Below are positions 21,211 to 30,888 of a stretch of DNA of 64,000 nt, in pieces. Position numbers and translations under genes: made by a program. The DNA comes from an uncultured delta proteobacterium. Lineage in GTDB: Bacteria > Desulfobacterota > Desulfomonilia > Desulfomonilales > Desulfomonilaceae. The stretch lies in NCBI GenBank assembly GCA_963789265.1, contig CAWBKB010000003.1, positions 544,001-608,000 on the forward strand, given 5' to 3'. Below the pieces are notes generated by a model that made no database searches, was not told where the DNA came from, and worked only from the letters and a program-made list of their open reading frames with translations. Position 1 is the first letter of the stretch. Each line of letters opens with the position of its first letter.

Positions 21211-21675
21211 ATGAGCAAAGAGAGGATTCTGGCACTCAAGGAGATATTTCTCAGGATCGTCAGAAAGTTTATCCAAATCGATGCGCTGGCGCGTGACTAT
21301 GGCAGTGGTGATATCCTATTTCCGGCCGAAATCCATCTCTTGGACCTTATCGGACGCAATCCGGGCATCACGGTGACCGGGCTGGCCAGAAGACAGCGTG
21401 TGACCAAGGGCGCTGTCTCCCAGGTGGTTAAGAAACTGGGGAACAAAGGGCTGGTCAGGAAATGCCGAGCTCTCGACAGTGAGAAATCGATACTTCTGAT
21501 CCTGACTGAAAGAGGAACATTAGCTTTCGTAGGGCATGGCCGTTTCCACGCGAAGCACGATCAGCAGATGCTGGAGGCATTGCTAGGGATGCCTGAAGAG
21601 CGGATAGTTGCAGTGGAGCGGTTCATGCAGCTACTTGAAGAGACTTCGGACGCGTATCTGAAAGACCCTCAGTAA
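21211..21675 (+). CDS. MarR family transcriptional regulator
   Basis: AEIHLLDLIG, TVTGLA....VTKGAVSQVVKKL..KGLV wHTH, LTERG; start chosen downstream of the promoter. Confidence 0.92.
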   Translation: MSKERILALKEIFLRIVRKFIQIDALARDYGSGDILFPAEIHLLDLIGRNPGITVTGLARRQRVTKGAVSQVVKKLGNKGLVRKCRALDSEKSILLILTERGTLAFVGHGRFHAKHDQQMLEALLGMPEERIVAVERFMQLLEETSDAYLKDPQ

Positions 21676-22215
21676 TTTTTTTTGTGACGATGGTTTAGAT
21701 CCTATACTTTACTGCTGAGGGGCGGAATCGGAATCTATGGGTTACATCCTGGAAACGGAATACCGTAACAGCCTTTCTCGGTATTGTCACGGATAGACTG
21801 AAGCTTCTGGACCCTCCCGCAAGAGCGGGTCTAAATGAATGCGAAGAAAGCTAAGATGAAGCTGCGATCACGCCCATGAGGTCATGGTGCAGCGGGCTGG
21901 GAACGGTGCGGTCCCCAAGGTGGGGTAATAATCAAGCATGTCCGATGCCGCACATCCCGAAGTCCCTTCGCCACATGCTTGTGCCAATCAGGGTACGGCG
22001 TCCGAACGATCCGGGAACCTTCCGGCCACAAAGAGGTCTGCACGACCTGGATTCAGACCGGTTCATTGAACAGCCGCGACCGCGGCGTTCGTGAGGCGGT
22101 TGACGGACTCTCAGCTCGGGAGCAGGACTACTATCCAGAGAATAAGCGCCAGTCCGCATCTTATGCGAGTCAATCTAATGAGTGTCATGACAAAAAAAAT
22201 GAAAGATCTACCATT

Positions 22216-22725
22216 ATGTGGTTTGCAGCCAAGATCACAGGATTTACAATCCTCGTGCCGGGTGTTGAAACTGTGCTGGTTCCCTCCCTTCTGGCAAAGA
22301 GCGGCCTTCTTGGTCTAATCAGTTCGGCACGCGGGTGGCATTTGTCAGGGTGGCTATTCGTAGGCTCAGGGACAATCCTATACGTTTTGTGTGCCGTGGG
22401 TTTTGCAGTCCGTGGCAGTGGCACCCCGGCACCGATTGATCCGCCGAAACGACTGGTTGTTCAAGGCGTATATTCATTCACACGAAATCCCATGTACGTG
22501 GCGATTTTATCCTTCGTGTTCGGTCTCGCCACTTTATCCGGCCTGTGGATGCTGTTTTTCTACAGCGTGGTTCTCTTTCTGTTTTTCCATTTGGTTGTAG
22601 TGCTCTATGAGGAACCTACATTGAGAGCGAAATATGGTGGATCCTACGAGGACTACTGCCATACGGTTCCGCGATGGTCGCTTCGGACACTGCCCTTTTC
22701 GACGGAACGACAGACCAAGACATAA
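22216..22725 (+). CDS. Isoprenylcysteine carboxylmethyltransferase / phospholipid methyltransferase family protein
   Basis: GTPAPIDPP..LV..G.Y..TRNPMY, EEP.LR..YG..Y..YC..VPRW. Confidence 0.9.
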   Translation: MWFAAKITGFTILVPGVETVLVPSLLAKSGLLGLISSARGWHLSGWLFVGSGTILYVLCAVGFAVRGSGTPAPIDPPKRLVVQGVYSFTRNPMYVAILSFVFGLATLSGLWMLFFYSVVLFLFFHLVVVLYEEPTLRAKYGGSYEDYCHTVPRWSLRTLPFSTERQTKT

Positions 22726-22815
22726 TGGATAATAGTGCTGCTTATAGCCTGAGCCCTGACGGGCTATTCTTGTATGTTAGAACAATGGTGTCGAACATAG
22801 AAAGGAGGAGGTTCA

Positions 22816-23199
22816 GTGAAAGAAACACTTGTTATAATCGGTGGGGTAGCCTGCGTGGCATGGGTGATATTTCATATCCTGTTCTGGAAGATCTTCGACT
22901 GGAAAAATAGTTTAAGTTCTCTTTCTCATCAACAACGCTCCATCATGTATATCCTTAACATTACAATGGCTTATGTACTATCCGTATTTGCATATCTGTC
23001 GATTGTTCATAGAGGCCCTCTAATATCAACATCCTTCGGAAAGGTGGTCCTAGTAAGCATCGGCCTTTTCTGGTTGATTCGAGCCGTACAACAAGGAATT
23101 TTTGGCTTTCACGAGAAAGAATCTGTAAGAAGATCAATAGCCATAATCATGGCGTGCTTCATTATGGCGCTGTTGTATCTGATTCCTCTCTGGATATGA
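22816..23199 (+). CDS. Hypothetical 4-TM membrane protein
   Basis: AGGAGG RBS with GTG start; FH..FWK.FDW and FW..RA..Q motifs; hydrophobic helices. Confidence 0.75.
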   Translation: MKETLVIIGGVACVAWVIFHILFWKIFDWKNSLSSLSHQQRSIMYILNITMAYVLSVFAYLSIVHRGPLISTSFGKVVLVSIGLFWLIRAVQQGIFGFHEKESVRRSIAIIMACFIMALLYLIPLWI

Positions 23200-23572
23200 A
23201 TGTGTAATACCATAGTCTATCTCGCTGTGCTGCCAGAGAAACAAATAGCCGGTGCTCCAGCACGATGACGGAGTCAGGGGAGTCTTGGTGCCCTGGAAGA
23301 ATCCGGTTACAACACTTGGCGCACACTTCAAATTCGTTATTGAGCGGCGCGTGACAGACCGGACATTCCCATTTGGTTGTGGGAGGTTTCTCGCCAGCAG
23401 GTTCCCGGTTGTACAGTTCGGTTACCTGCAAAGAGCCGTTTTTGACCAGCTCTTCAAATACCGTTTTCAATTGCTGGGCAGAAAGCTGGTACTTATCTTT
23501 CAGGGCGGCATCATCCATCCCGGCTTTGATGTCTGCCAAGATCTCTTTTACGTTTATTGTTTTGTTGCCCAT
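23162..23572 (-). CDS. Hypothetical protein with lineage-expanded helical N-domain and zinc ribbon; C-terminus possibly disrupted
   Basis: INVKEILADIKAGMDDAALKDKYQLS..QLKTVFEELV followed by CPVC...CAKC. Confidence 0.6.
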   Translation of the reverse strand: MGNKTINVKEILADIKAGMDDAALKDKYQLSAQQLKTVFEELVKNGSLQVTELYNREPAGEKPPTTKWECPVCHAPLNNEFEVCAKCCNRILPGHQDSPDSVIVLEHRLFVSLAAQRDRLWYYTFISREESDTTAP

Positions 23573-23973
23573 AGGAAGCCCCCCGGAGCAGGAGTGTGCT
23601 GGCAATATATCACAAGAGATCACCAAATGAGGAGAACATTCCGCTTTGCCACGCAGTAGTTCGTTAACGAAGGCGAAGACTCTCATTGGGAGTACCGACG
23701 GACGAAGCAATCTCGGGGAGCATGGGCCTCCCGCCCGTCGAATTCCGGGAAAATTCCTGTGACAGAGAATTCCGGAGACGCCATACCTAATTCCCTCCCC
23801 GGGGCCTTTATTTTGCGGTCAAGGTGGCGCTCTCTTTCTCTGGTGGCTGGAGTGCCTGATAACGAGTCTGATGCATAGTCAGTCCTAGACCCGACACCGA
23901 AACACAGCTATGAAGATTGAAGCTCACGAAGAATGCACCGCCTTTCCACAATTCGAGCGATTGACCTCCCTCC

Positions 23974-24550
23974 GTGTATGAGTGCAAAACCTCACCCATA
24001 TCTTCCAGAAAGGCCAAACGAGTCATAAATGAAGCCCACAGGCTGATCAGGCAGTGGCGAGGTGAATTACGGGGTTCCAGGCCGTATGTAAGAGTGCGGT
24101 TCATGGGAAGAAGGGGCCGCGTTTTCATAGATGATTTTCATTACCACCTAGAATCCAGGCCCTTTAAGGATATGATAGGCAGACATCGACTTCTCCCCTG
24201 TGTGAAAGAGTTGCTCAAAAAACACCACAGACGTTCCAACTCAAACCGAACACGGTAACTTGATGCTGGAGGGTATGACGCCACAGGGTGAAAGGTTTCA
24301 GCTCATCATTCGCCCTGAGAAGACAGGGCGCTGTTTACAGAGCTTTTTCCCTGTTTGGAACAAAGAAAAGCCCATGCCCTTCATACCGTGGTCAAAAACT
24401 CTCGGGTTGGCCGCGTTGGCTTCCGCCTCGTCTTACGTTACCCCTCAAACGGCAAAGCCTGGGGCGCTTGCGTCCCCGGACATGGACTCTCTCCTGGACA
24501 GCCGGACCCGCCACAGTTCATCTGAGCTTGAGCGACCTGCCATTCAGTAG
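23974..24550 (+). CDS. Putative RNase-toxin-like hypothetical protein (frameshift at the A-run near 24218)
   Basis: GGAGG is on the opposite strand here, so the start is uncertain. The two ORFs join by -1 at AAAAAA to give RPYVR..F...VFIDDF..HL...RHRLLPCVKELL...G.TPQGERF...LQSFFP. Confidence 0.5.
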
Positions 24551-24686
24551 TTTCATCGTACGTAGACACCCCACTTCTTGTCAAGTTCAAAACTACAATC
24601 CCCGTAAGCATTCACTTATGCGGGGGAGGATCTTTTGAGTCGGCTGTATGTCTTCCTTCACCTACGCGGGGAATCTTCGGGCTCCT

Positions 24687-24828
24687 GTCATTGCGAGGAG
24701 TGCTTGGTGGGACAGGCTTCCAGCCTGTCTATTAGGGATGACGGGCAAGATGCCCGTCCCACCGGCAATCTAAGCGCCGTATGAAGGAAGAGATTGCTTT
24801 CCCGCGTCCAGCGGGACTCGCAATGACA
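24687..24828. repeat. Nested REP composite
   Basis: GTCATTGCGAG...GCAATCT...AGATTGC...CTCGCAATGAC encloses a GGTGGGACAGGC..GCCTGTC / GACGGGCAAGATGCCCGTCCCACC pair and a mini-hairpin. Confidence 0.8.
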
Positions 24829-25188
24829 ATTCTTGCCGCACGCAAGTGAGTGGTTACCCCTCAACATTCTATCGCATTCCTTCTCAACGGACATTTTCTG
24901 TCTTATCCTTCTTTAAGGGTTCGTTAGGCTCGCGGAGAGCGGTAGCGCTCGGGATCAATTTCTGTCGATTGTTTTTTCATATTTGGAGCAAATCTCGAAA
25001 TCGTTGAGAGATTCTCGTGCGCCGTACCGATGGACCATAGATCTTAGACCGGTAGGGTGGGCGTCTCGCCCGCCGATTTATCAAGGTGGTGAACATTCGG
25101 CTCGCCATCAAGCAACGATGGGCTAGGTGGCGGGCAGGATGCCCACCCTGCTGGCGGCTGCCAAAATCAGATCGACCGGGGGAGAACC

Positions 25189-26640
25189 ATGTCCGCAGCA
25201 AGGCCATTCAAATTGATACAGATTGACGAGGTTCGTTGGGAAATTCCGAAGACTGGTGGAATGCGGGTTCCCGGTCTGATCTTTACCGATTCCAAAATAT
25301 TGCCGGACATCGAGAAGGACCAGAGTGCCGAACAAGTTTACAACGTTGCGCACTTGCCGGGAATAGTCGGCCGATCCCTGGCAATGCCGGACGTTCACTG
25401 GGGGTACGGTTTTCCCATAGGTGGTGTCGCGGCCTTCGATCTGGATGAAGGGGTGATATCTCCCGGCGGGGTCGGGTACGACATTAATTGCGGGGTCCGT
25501 CTCGTAACCACGGGCTTGGATCGGGAAGCGCTCATGCCGAAGATCAGGCCGTTGATCGATCTCCTCTTCGCACACGTTCCCAGCGGGCTAGGGTCAAGAG
25601 GCGGCATACGATTGAATCGGAAGGAGCTGTCGCAGGTCCTCAAGAAAGGCGCGGCCTGGGCTGTTGAAAACGGTATGGGAGACGCGACGGATCTGGATCA
25701 TATTGAGGATCATGGCGTTATTGAAGGCGCGGACCCCGGCGTGATAAGCGATCGAGCTTTTGAACGGGGCAAGGACCAGCTCGGCACTCTCGGGTCGGGT
25801 AATCATTTTCTTGAGATCGGTTTCATCGAGGAGATCTTCGATGAAGATACTGCCGGCCAGTGGGGCCTGTTCACAGACCAGGCCACGGTGATGATCCATA
25901 CCGGCTCAAGAGGATTTGGATACCAGGTCTGCGACGATTTCCTCGCTCGAATGGTGAAGAGCGTTAGGCTGGAGGGGATCGAGCTTCCCGACAGGCAGCT
26001 CGCATGCACCCGCTTGAACACGGGTCTTGCCAGGGAATACTTAGCGGCAATGCGGTCGGCCGCGAATTTTGCCTTTGCCAACCGCCAAATACTCACGCAC
26101 CTGGCCCTTGGCGCCTGGGAAGAGACTCTGGGACTTTCTCCGCGTGAGCTGAAATTCCGATTGCTCTATGATGTCTGCCACAATATAGCCAAAATCGAGT
26201 CTCACACAGTCAATGGTGAAAAGAAAAAGCTGTGCGTTCATCGCAAGGGCGCGACTCGGGCCTTCCCCCCGCATCATCCAGTGCTCCCCGAGGTGTATCG
26301 GACCAGCGGGCAACCCGTGCTTATACCGGGAGACATGGGACGCGCCTCCTACATTCTGGCAGGGCAGGAAGGGTCGATGATAGAGGCATTCGGCTCCGCT
26401 TGCCACGGCGCGGGGCGTCTCCTGTCCAGACACGAAGCCCTGAGGCGAACCAAAGGACGATCGATCGAACGCGAACTACAAGATAATAACGTTTATCCCA
26501 GGTGGGTCGGGAGAAGGACGCTCCGAGAGGAGTTCCCCGAAGCATACAAAGATGTAAGCATGGTTGTGGATGTCGTTCACAGAGTAGGCTTGGCAAGAAA
26601 GGTTGCTAGAATCCGGCCAGTTGGAGTGGTGAAGGGCTAG
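25189..26640 (+). CDS. rtcB: RNA-splicing ligase RtcB (long, archaeal-type)
   Basis: MPDVHWGYGFPIGGV, GVGYDINCG, GTLGSGNHFLE, HTGSRG, HNIAK, HRKGAT, PGDMG, SACHGAGR, AYKDV. Confidence 0.97.
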   Translation: MSAARPFKLIQIDEVRWEIPKTGGMRVPGLIFTDSKILPDIEKDQSAEQVYNVAHLPGIVGRSLAMPDVHWGYGFPIGGVAAFDLDEGVISPGGVGYDINCGVRLVTTGLDREALMPKIRPLIDLLFAHVPSGLGSRGGIRLNRKELSQVLKKGAAWAVENGMGDATDLDHIEDHGVIEGADPGVISDRAFERGKDQLGTLGSGNHFLEIGFIEEIFDEDTAGQWGLFTDQATVMIHTGSRGFGYQVCDDFLARMVKSVRLEGIELPDRQLACTRLNTGLAREYLAAMRSAANFAFANRQILTHLALGAWEETLGLSPRELKFRLLYDVCHNIAKIESHTVNGEKKKLCVHRKGATRAFPPHHPVLPEVYRTSGQPVLIPGDMGRASYILAGQEGSMIEAFGSACHGAGRLLSRHEALRRTKGRSIERELQDNNVYPRWVGRRTLREEFPEAYKDVSMVVDVVHRVGLARKVARIRPVGVVKG

Positions 26641-26721
26641 TGCCTGATCGTGTTTCGCTATATATTGGTGGGACAGTCTCGCGAGGCGCGGGACAGCCTG
26701 TCGCTAGAGGACGGGCAGGAT

Positions 26722-26880
26722 GAAACTGTTTCAAAATGGAGGCGTGAACGAAATTCCTAGTACAATGCGCCATTTTCCCGGCAATGAATTAGAGGGCTAC
26801 TATCGCCGGTCCCTCCGGGACGCTTGATATTTAAGCCCCATCGGGGTGATCGAGAGTAGGCCGGTGCTTCAGCGCCGGTG
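26722..26880. mobile_element. MITE family 1, copy B (right end not evident)
   Basis: GAAACTGTTTCAAAA left end and interior colinear with the 10525 copy; starts inside a GACGGGCAGGAT REP. Confidence 0.7.
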
Positions 26881-27084
26881 ACCATTTCCAGCCACTAACG
26901 GCCAAATTAAGACCCAAGCAGGCTTCAAAGCCTGCCCCCCTGGTCGAAGGATCACGAAAGTCCCACTAGAAGTATGTTGACCGATTATCATTAGTCATGA
27001 TAGAATTATTATGTAAAGCTCTGAGCTCAACGGGAGGGGAGCGGTGAATTTCGACTCCGAGCGAATAGACATAAGGAGTGTAGC

Positions 27085-27693
27085 ATGAAACGATTGTTGT
27101 TACTGGGAGTTATGATTTTCGTGGTCTGCTCTCCTCTGATAGTCAGTTATGCAGACGATGTCTACTGGGACAGAAACCCACCCGAAGAACCAACGATCAC
27201 GAACAAGGATTTCGACCTGAATTTCGGGGCGCCGGCTGCCAAGTCTTTTGGAGACATGGAAATTTACGATCAGCCGAAAGACATTTTCGAGAATGAGGAA
27301 TCGGCCACGCCGGCCACCTCGGCAACCCCGACTACGGCTGCCGAACCGGGAACTCCGATTGCTCCGACTGAGCCTGCGATTCGCGGTCCCATACAACAAC
27401 CCCGCAGCGTGACTCGTCGTTCAAGAGAGGGGTCTGTAGGTGCCCCGGGCTTCACACCGAAACCCTCCGAGATTATCCCACAGGCCACTGAAACCGCCCC
27501 GGGCAAGAAACAATCCGTTGTTAAGCCCCACAGGGAATCGCCTGCCACTCAGGTCCAGCCCAGCAATGTCAACAAGGCGGCGCCTGCTTCCGTGGAAGAA
27601 GAGGCCAAACCCGGCAAGAAGAAGCTGAAGTGGGGACAGTTGGACGTGCAGTCAGCGGAGCCTAAAACCAAGTTGAAGTGGGGAGAACGATAA
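27085..27693 (+). CDS. Hypothetical exported protein, Pro/Thr/Ala-rich
   Basis: TAAGGAG RBS, signal peptide, low-complexity core, duplicated KLKWG motif at the C-terminus. Confidence 0.75.
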   Translation: MKRLLLLGVMIFVVCSPLIVSYADDVYWDRNPPEEPTITNKDFDLNFGAPAAKSFGDMEIYDQPKDIFENEESATPATSATPTTAAEPGTPIAPTEPAIRGPIQQPRSVTRRSREGSVGAPGFTPKPSEIIPQATETAPGKKQSVVKPHRESPATQVQPSNVNKAAPASVEEEAKPGKKKLKWGQLDVQSAEPKTKLKWGER

Positions 27694-27797
27694 TCGGCCG
27701 AATTGGCTTCTCTGAGGGGGGCAAAAGAAAAGGATTCCTCGTCGTCCAGCCATTTCGGGCGCTTAGTACAGGTTTTCATAAATACGGACGCGGATTT

Positions 27798-27868
<71 letters not shown>

Positions 27869-27983
27869 AACCAAAGGCGATTATCCCCACACGAGCTGGT
27901 ATTTCGTGTAACCCTATTTAGGAAATAGAGTACTTAGGATTTCATGTTCGCCGTACTGTTACGCAGGTGAAACGAAACGAGGA

Positions 27984-28703
27984 TCATTCTCTTCTAGCAC
28001 CCAACTTGATATGGCCGTCTTTTTGGAGCCGCATAAGAGCCACTTCTATATTATAGTCCCGGATATTAAGCCCTTTGGAGATCGCGACGATTTCGCCATC
28101 CTCAACCCCGACCTCCATAGCCATGATCTCCTTTGCTTGTTGAAGCCCTGCCAGGTTTACCGGGAAGCCCGACCAGAGATTCCAGGATCTGAAGTACACG
28201 ATCCAGTGGAGCTTGTTCTCCATGATGCGGGTGTCTACCAATCTCATGCACGGGCTGGAGCCGTCGGATTGATCGTAGAAAAAAATGTCCTCCGGCCGAC
28301 CGACTTCCATGCACATACGATTGGTACGGGGTCCGTGCTTCTTGTAGTAATCAATCACATATTGCCAGGCGATCTGTAATCGTTCTCCATAAGTATAATG
28401 CTCGCCGGGCGCTTTCTGCGATGAGAGGAGGTAAGGCATGTATTCAGCCAGATACTTCTCGTCCGCCACGGGGGGGAGGTTAAGATGCTCCGGGATTTGA
28501 GGCAGAAGAGGCCGAGCTCCGGGTTGTTTGATATGGATTGTGGCCATGTCGAATTCGATGCGGTCTGCACCCGGGTTGGATCCTGTCTGGACAGTATACC
28601 GCCGGGCAGCACCGTCAGGTTTGCGGGACTCTTCGATAAGTGTGTACAAGCATTGGAACCAAGCATCCGGTATGGTGGTGGCCTCGATGAAAATTGGCTT
28701 CAT
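27984..28703 (-). CDS. Divergent thymidylate synthase-family protein (archaeal-like)
   Basis: YTYGERL, SPCMR (catalytic Cys), YFRSWNLWSGFPVNLAG, SKGLNI. Confidence 0.8.
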   Translation of the reverse strand: MKPIFIEATTIPDAWFQCLYTLIEESRKPDGAARRYTVQTGSNPGADRIEFDMATIHIKQPGARPLLPQIPEHLNLPPVADEKYLAEYMPYLLSSQKAPGEHYTYGERLQIAWQYVIDYYKKHGPRTNRMCMEVGRPEDIFFYDQSDGSSPCMRLVDTRIMENKLHWIVYFRSWNLWSGFPVNLAGLQQAKEIMAMEVGVEDGEIVAISKGLNIRDYNIEVALMRLQKDGHIKLGARRE

Positions 28704-28859
28704 GGTGCTACTCCAAGCAAAAACTCAGGTCTCTGTCGAATTCCGACGTCCGCAACGCGGACTAATGGTTTGATGATTCGGCCATTCCCTATATCCGATT
28801 CGTTTCGCTAATGCCAGATTTTTCCGATGATTTGGACAGCGGTCCAACATCTGGTATAG

Positions 28860-29546
28860 GTGACGTGTGGCTCGGATTTCCGGAAAGACGAGGCGAAGTT
28901 GACTTTCAGTGCAGCGCCATTGAGAAATGATCATGATTCCGCCGGCTCTTCCAAAGAGACTTCGCAGAGTCAGCCCGGTCGAGGGAGTCGTAGCATATTT
29001 GGAAGATATTTCATTGAGCCGTTCACAGGCTCCAATAGTCCCCCGTGGTTCGATGCACGCGGAGTTGCCGTAGGGCTTTTCATAGGACTGGGCCTTCCCA
29101 TCGGCATCCAGACGGTGGTGCTCGGCGTGCTCAGATTGTTGTTCAGGTTCAATACGATCATCGCTTTTGCCTGCACTTGCGTCAACAATCCAATTTCCAT
29201 TATCCCGATGTATTATGGATACTACTGCTTGGGCTCTTTCATGCTTGAAAAGCATGCTGTCGTCAGCGCGGAACACTTTCGAAGCATGATGGGTCCTGTT
29301 TTACACGCCCATCATTTCTGGCAGTCAGTGGAGGCATTTGTGTACCTGGGTTGGGACATAGTAGTTAGATGGTTTCTCGCGGCCCTAATCGTTGCCTCGA
29401 TATGTTCGCTCATCGGATATGTAGCCAGCTTCCGGGTTTGGGAGGGCCGGTGTAGAACAAAGGCCAAAAAACTTGGATTAACATACGAGAAGCTTCTCGC
29501 GAAGCTTGAAGAACCGATGGAAAAAAATGGAGAAGCTCAAGACTGA
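28860..29546 (+). CDS. DUF2062 family membrane protein
   Basis: ARGVAVGLFIG, P.GIQT, NNPISIIPMYY..Y.LG; start uncertain. Confidence 0.85.
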   Translation: MTCGSDFRKDEAKLTFSAAPLRNDHDSAGSSKETSQSQPGRGSRSIFGRYFIEPFTGSNSPPWFDARGVAVGLFIGLGLPIGIQTVVLGVLRLLFRFNTIIAFACTCVNNPISIIPMYYGYYCLGSFMLEKHAVVSAEHFRSMMGPVLHAHHFWQSVEAFVYLGWDIVVRWFLAALIVASICSLIGYVASFRVWEGRCRTKAKKLGLTYEKLLAKLEEPMEKNGEAQD

Positions 29547-29590
29547 ATTCATAATCCCCGCCCGATGCAATAGTTAACCGCGGGCAGGAG

Positions 29591-29776
29591 TTCACCGCGG
29601 AGAGCGCAGAGGCCGCAGAGAATTATAGTTTCGCTGCACGTCTATTCGACGGAGCACTCTAAATTCCGGCATGCAATGGTGAGGACAATGCCGGCTTGAC
29701 TATACGCACCCACGACTCGCGTGGCTCTGAATAAGCATCTTTTCCCTCTGGGTTCTCGGCGGACTCTGAGGTGAAT
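29591..29776. repeat. (CGCAGAG)-bounded element, copy 2
   Basis: TTCACCGCGGAGAGCGCAGAG...CTCTGAGGTGAAT; interior homologous to the 51082 copy. Confidence 0.8.
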
Positions 29777-29827
29777 CTTGACCGCCCCTGAAATGCCCGC
29801 TGCCGAATTTTCCGGTTGGTACTAGTC

Positions 29828-30166
29828 CTAATCCGGCATCCCTGCATCAATCCATTCAGCTATCTCCTCGATTTGGTCGCTCGACAGGTACGGGCCACCT
29901 GACGGCATTCTGCGATAGCCTCCAATGGGGCCTCTGAGAATTCTGACCAGATTGGTTTCCTGAGACTGTCCGTTCCCCACCTTCTCCGCGTCTATGAGAC
30001 GCTTTCCATAAGGCTCGCTTGCCGCCAACTCCTCCTTTGTCTCCCATCCGATTTGTCCTTCATGGCTAGCTTTCATTTTTGGTTGGCGGCCGTTCTCAGC
30101 CTCCCACCGCTGCAATGCACTATCCAACAGCTCTTTAATTCTCGGCCAGTGTACATCCGCCATCAA
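29828..30166 (-). CDS. Hypothetical protein with cytochrome-c-like C-terminal motif but no CxxCH
   Basis: GGAGG RBS; RMP.GGPYLS..QI..IA.WI..G motif. Confidence 0.65.
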   Translation of the reverse strand: MMADVHWPRIKELLDSALQRWEAENGRQPKMKASHEGQIGWETKEELAASEPYGKRLIDAEKVGNGQSQETNLVRILRGPIGGYRRMPSGGPYLSSDQIEEIAEWIDAGMPD

Positions 30167-30212
30167 TTACCTCCCGCCCGCAATAGACCAATCTAAAAAT
30201 AATATGTGGCAT

Positions 30213-30888
30213 TCATCGGTTTCGGACCACGCCCACCTGTCGGCAGTAGGGCAGCACAGCGCATCGAGAGCAGAAAGGCGAAATGGGTCTACAGATGTTC
30301 TGGCCCCAGGTTACAAGAAGGTCGTTGTATTCTATCCAGGTACTCTTTGGGCAGTTTTGCCCTCAGAGCAAGCTCAGTCAGTTCCGGCGTTTTCGTACTG
30401 ACATATCCAAGCCTGTTGCTGACCCTGTGAACATGAGTGTCCACGCAAATGCCAGGCTTTTGAAAACCGAGTGTTAACACAAGATTGGCGGTCTTCCGTC
30501 CCACCCCCTTCAGTTTCAAGAGCACTTCCAGATCGTCCGGGACTTTCCCTCCATGCTTGCCGATCAGCTCCTTACTGATATGTCTTAGTGTTCGGGCTTT
30601 GGTTTTGTAGAAACCCACGGGAAAAATCAGCCGAGCTATCTCTTCTTCCGGCAGGCGCAGTATTTCTTCAGGGCTCCCGCCTTTCGCGAGCAGCCTGGCC
30701 GCGGCCTGACGTGTGACCTCGTCCTTTGTGCGCAGAGAAAGAATCGTGGAGACGAGCACGTGGAAAGGGTCTCGGCTTCGATGAGAGATTTCCGTCACTA
30801 TCGGAACAGCCATGCGGCGGATTTCTCTCCGAAGAATTGCAATTATCTTATGGATGTCGGGTACTCGCTGGTCACGCTGCAATGTCAA
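30213..30888 (-). CDS. nth: Endonuclease III (frameshift near 30340)
   Basis: [31 protein letters not shown]; the shifted frame gives [21 protein letters not shown] (Fe-S loop) with stop at 30213. Confidence 0.92.

Noticed and set aside
19400..25100. Prophage or integrative element
   Set aside because: No integrase, transposase, or structural or replication genes; it looks like piecemeal accretion of small genes.
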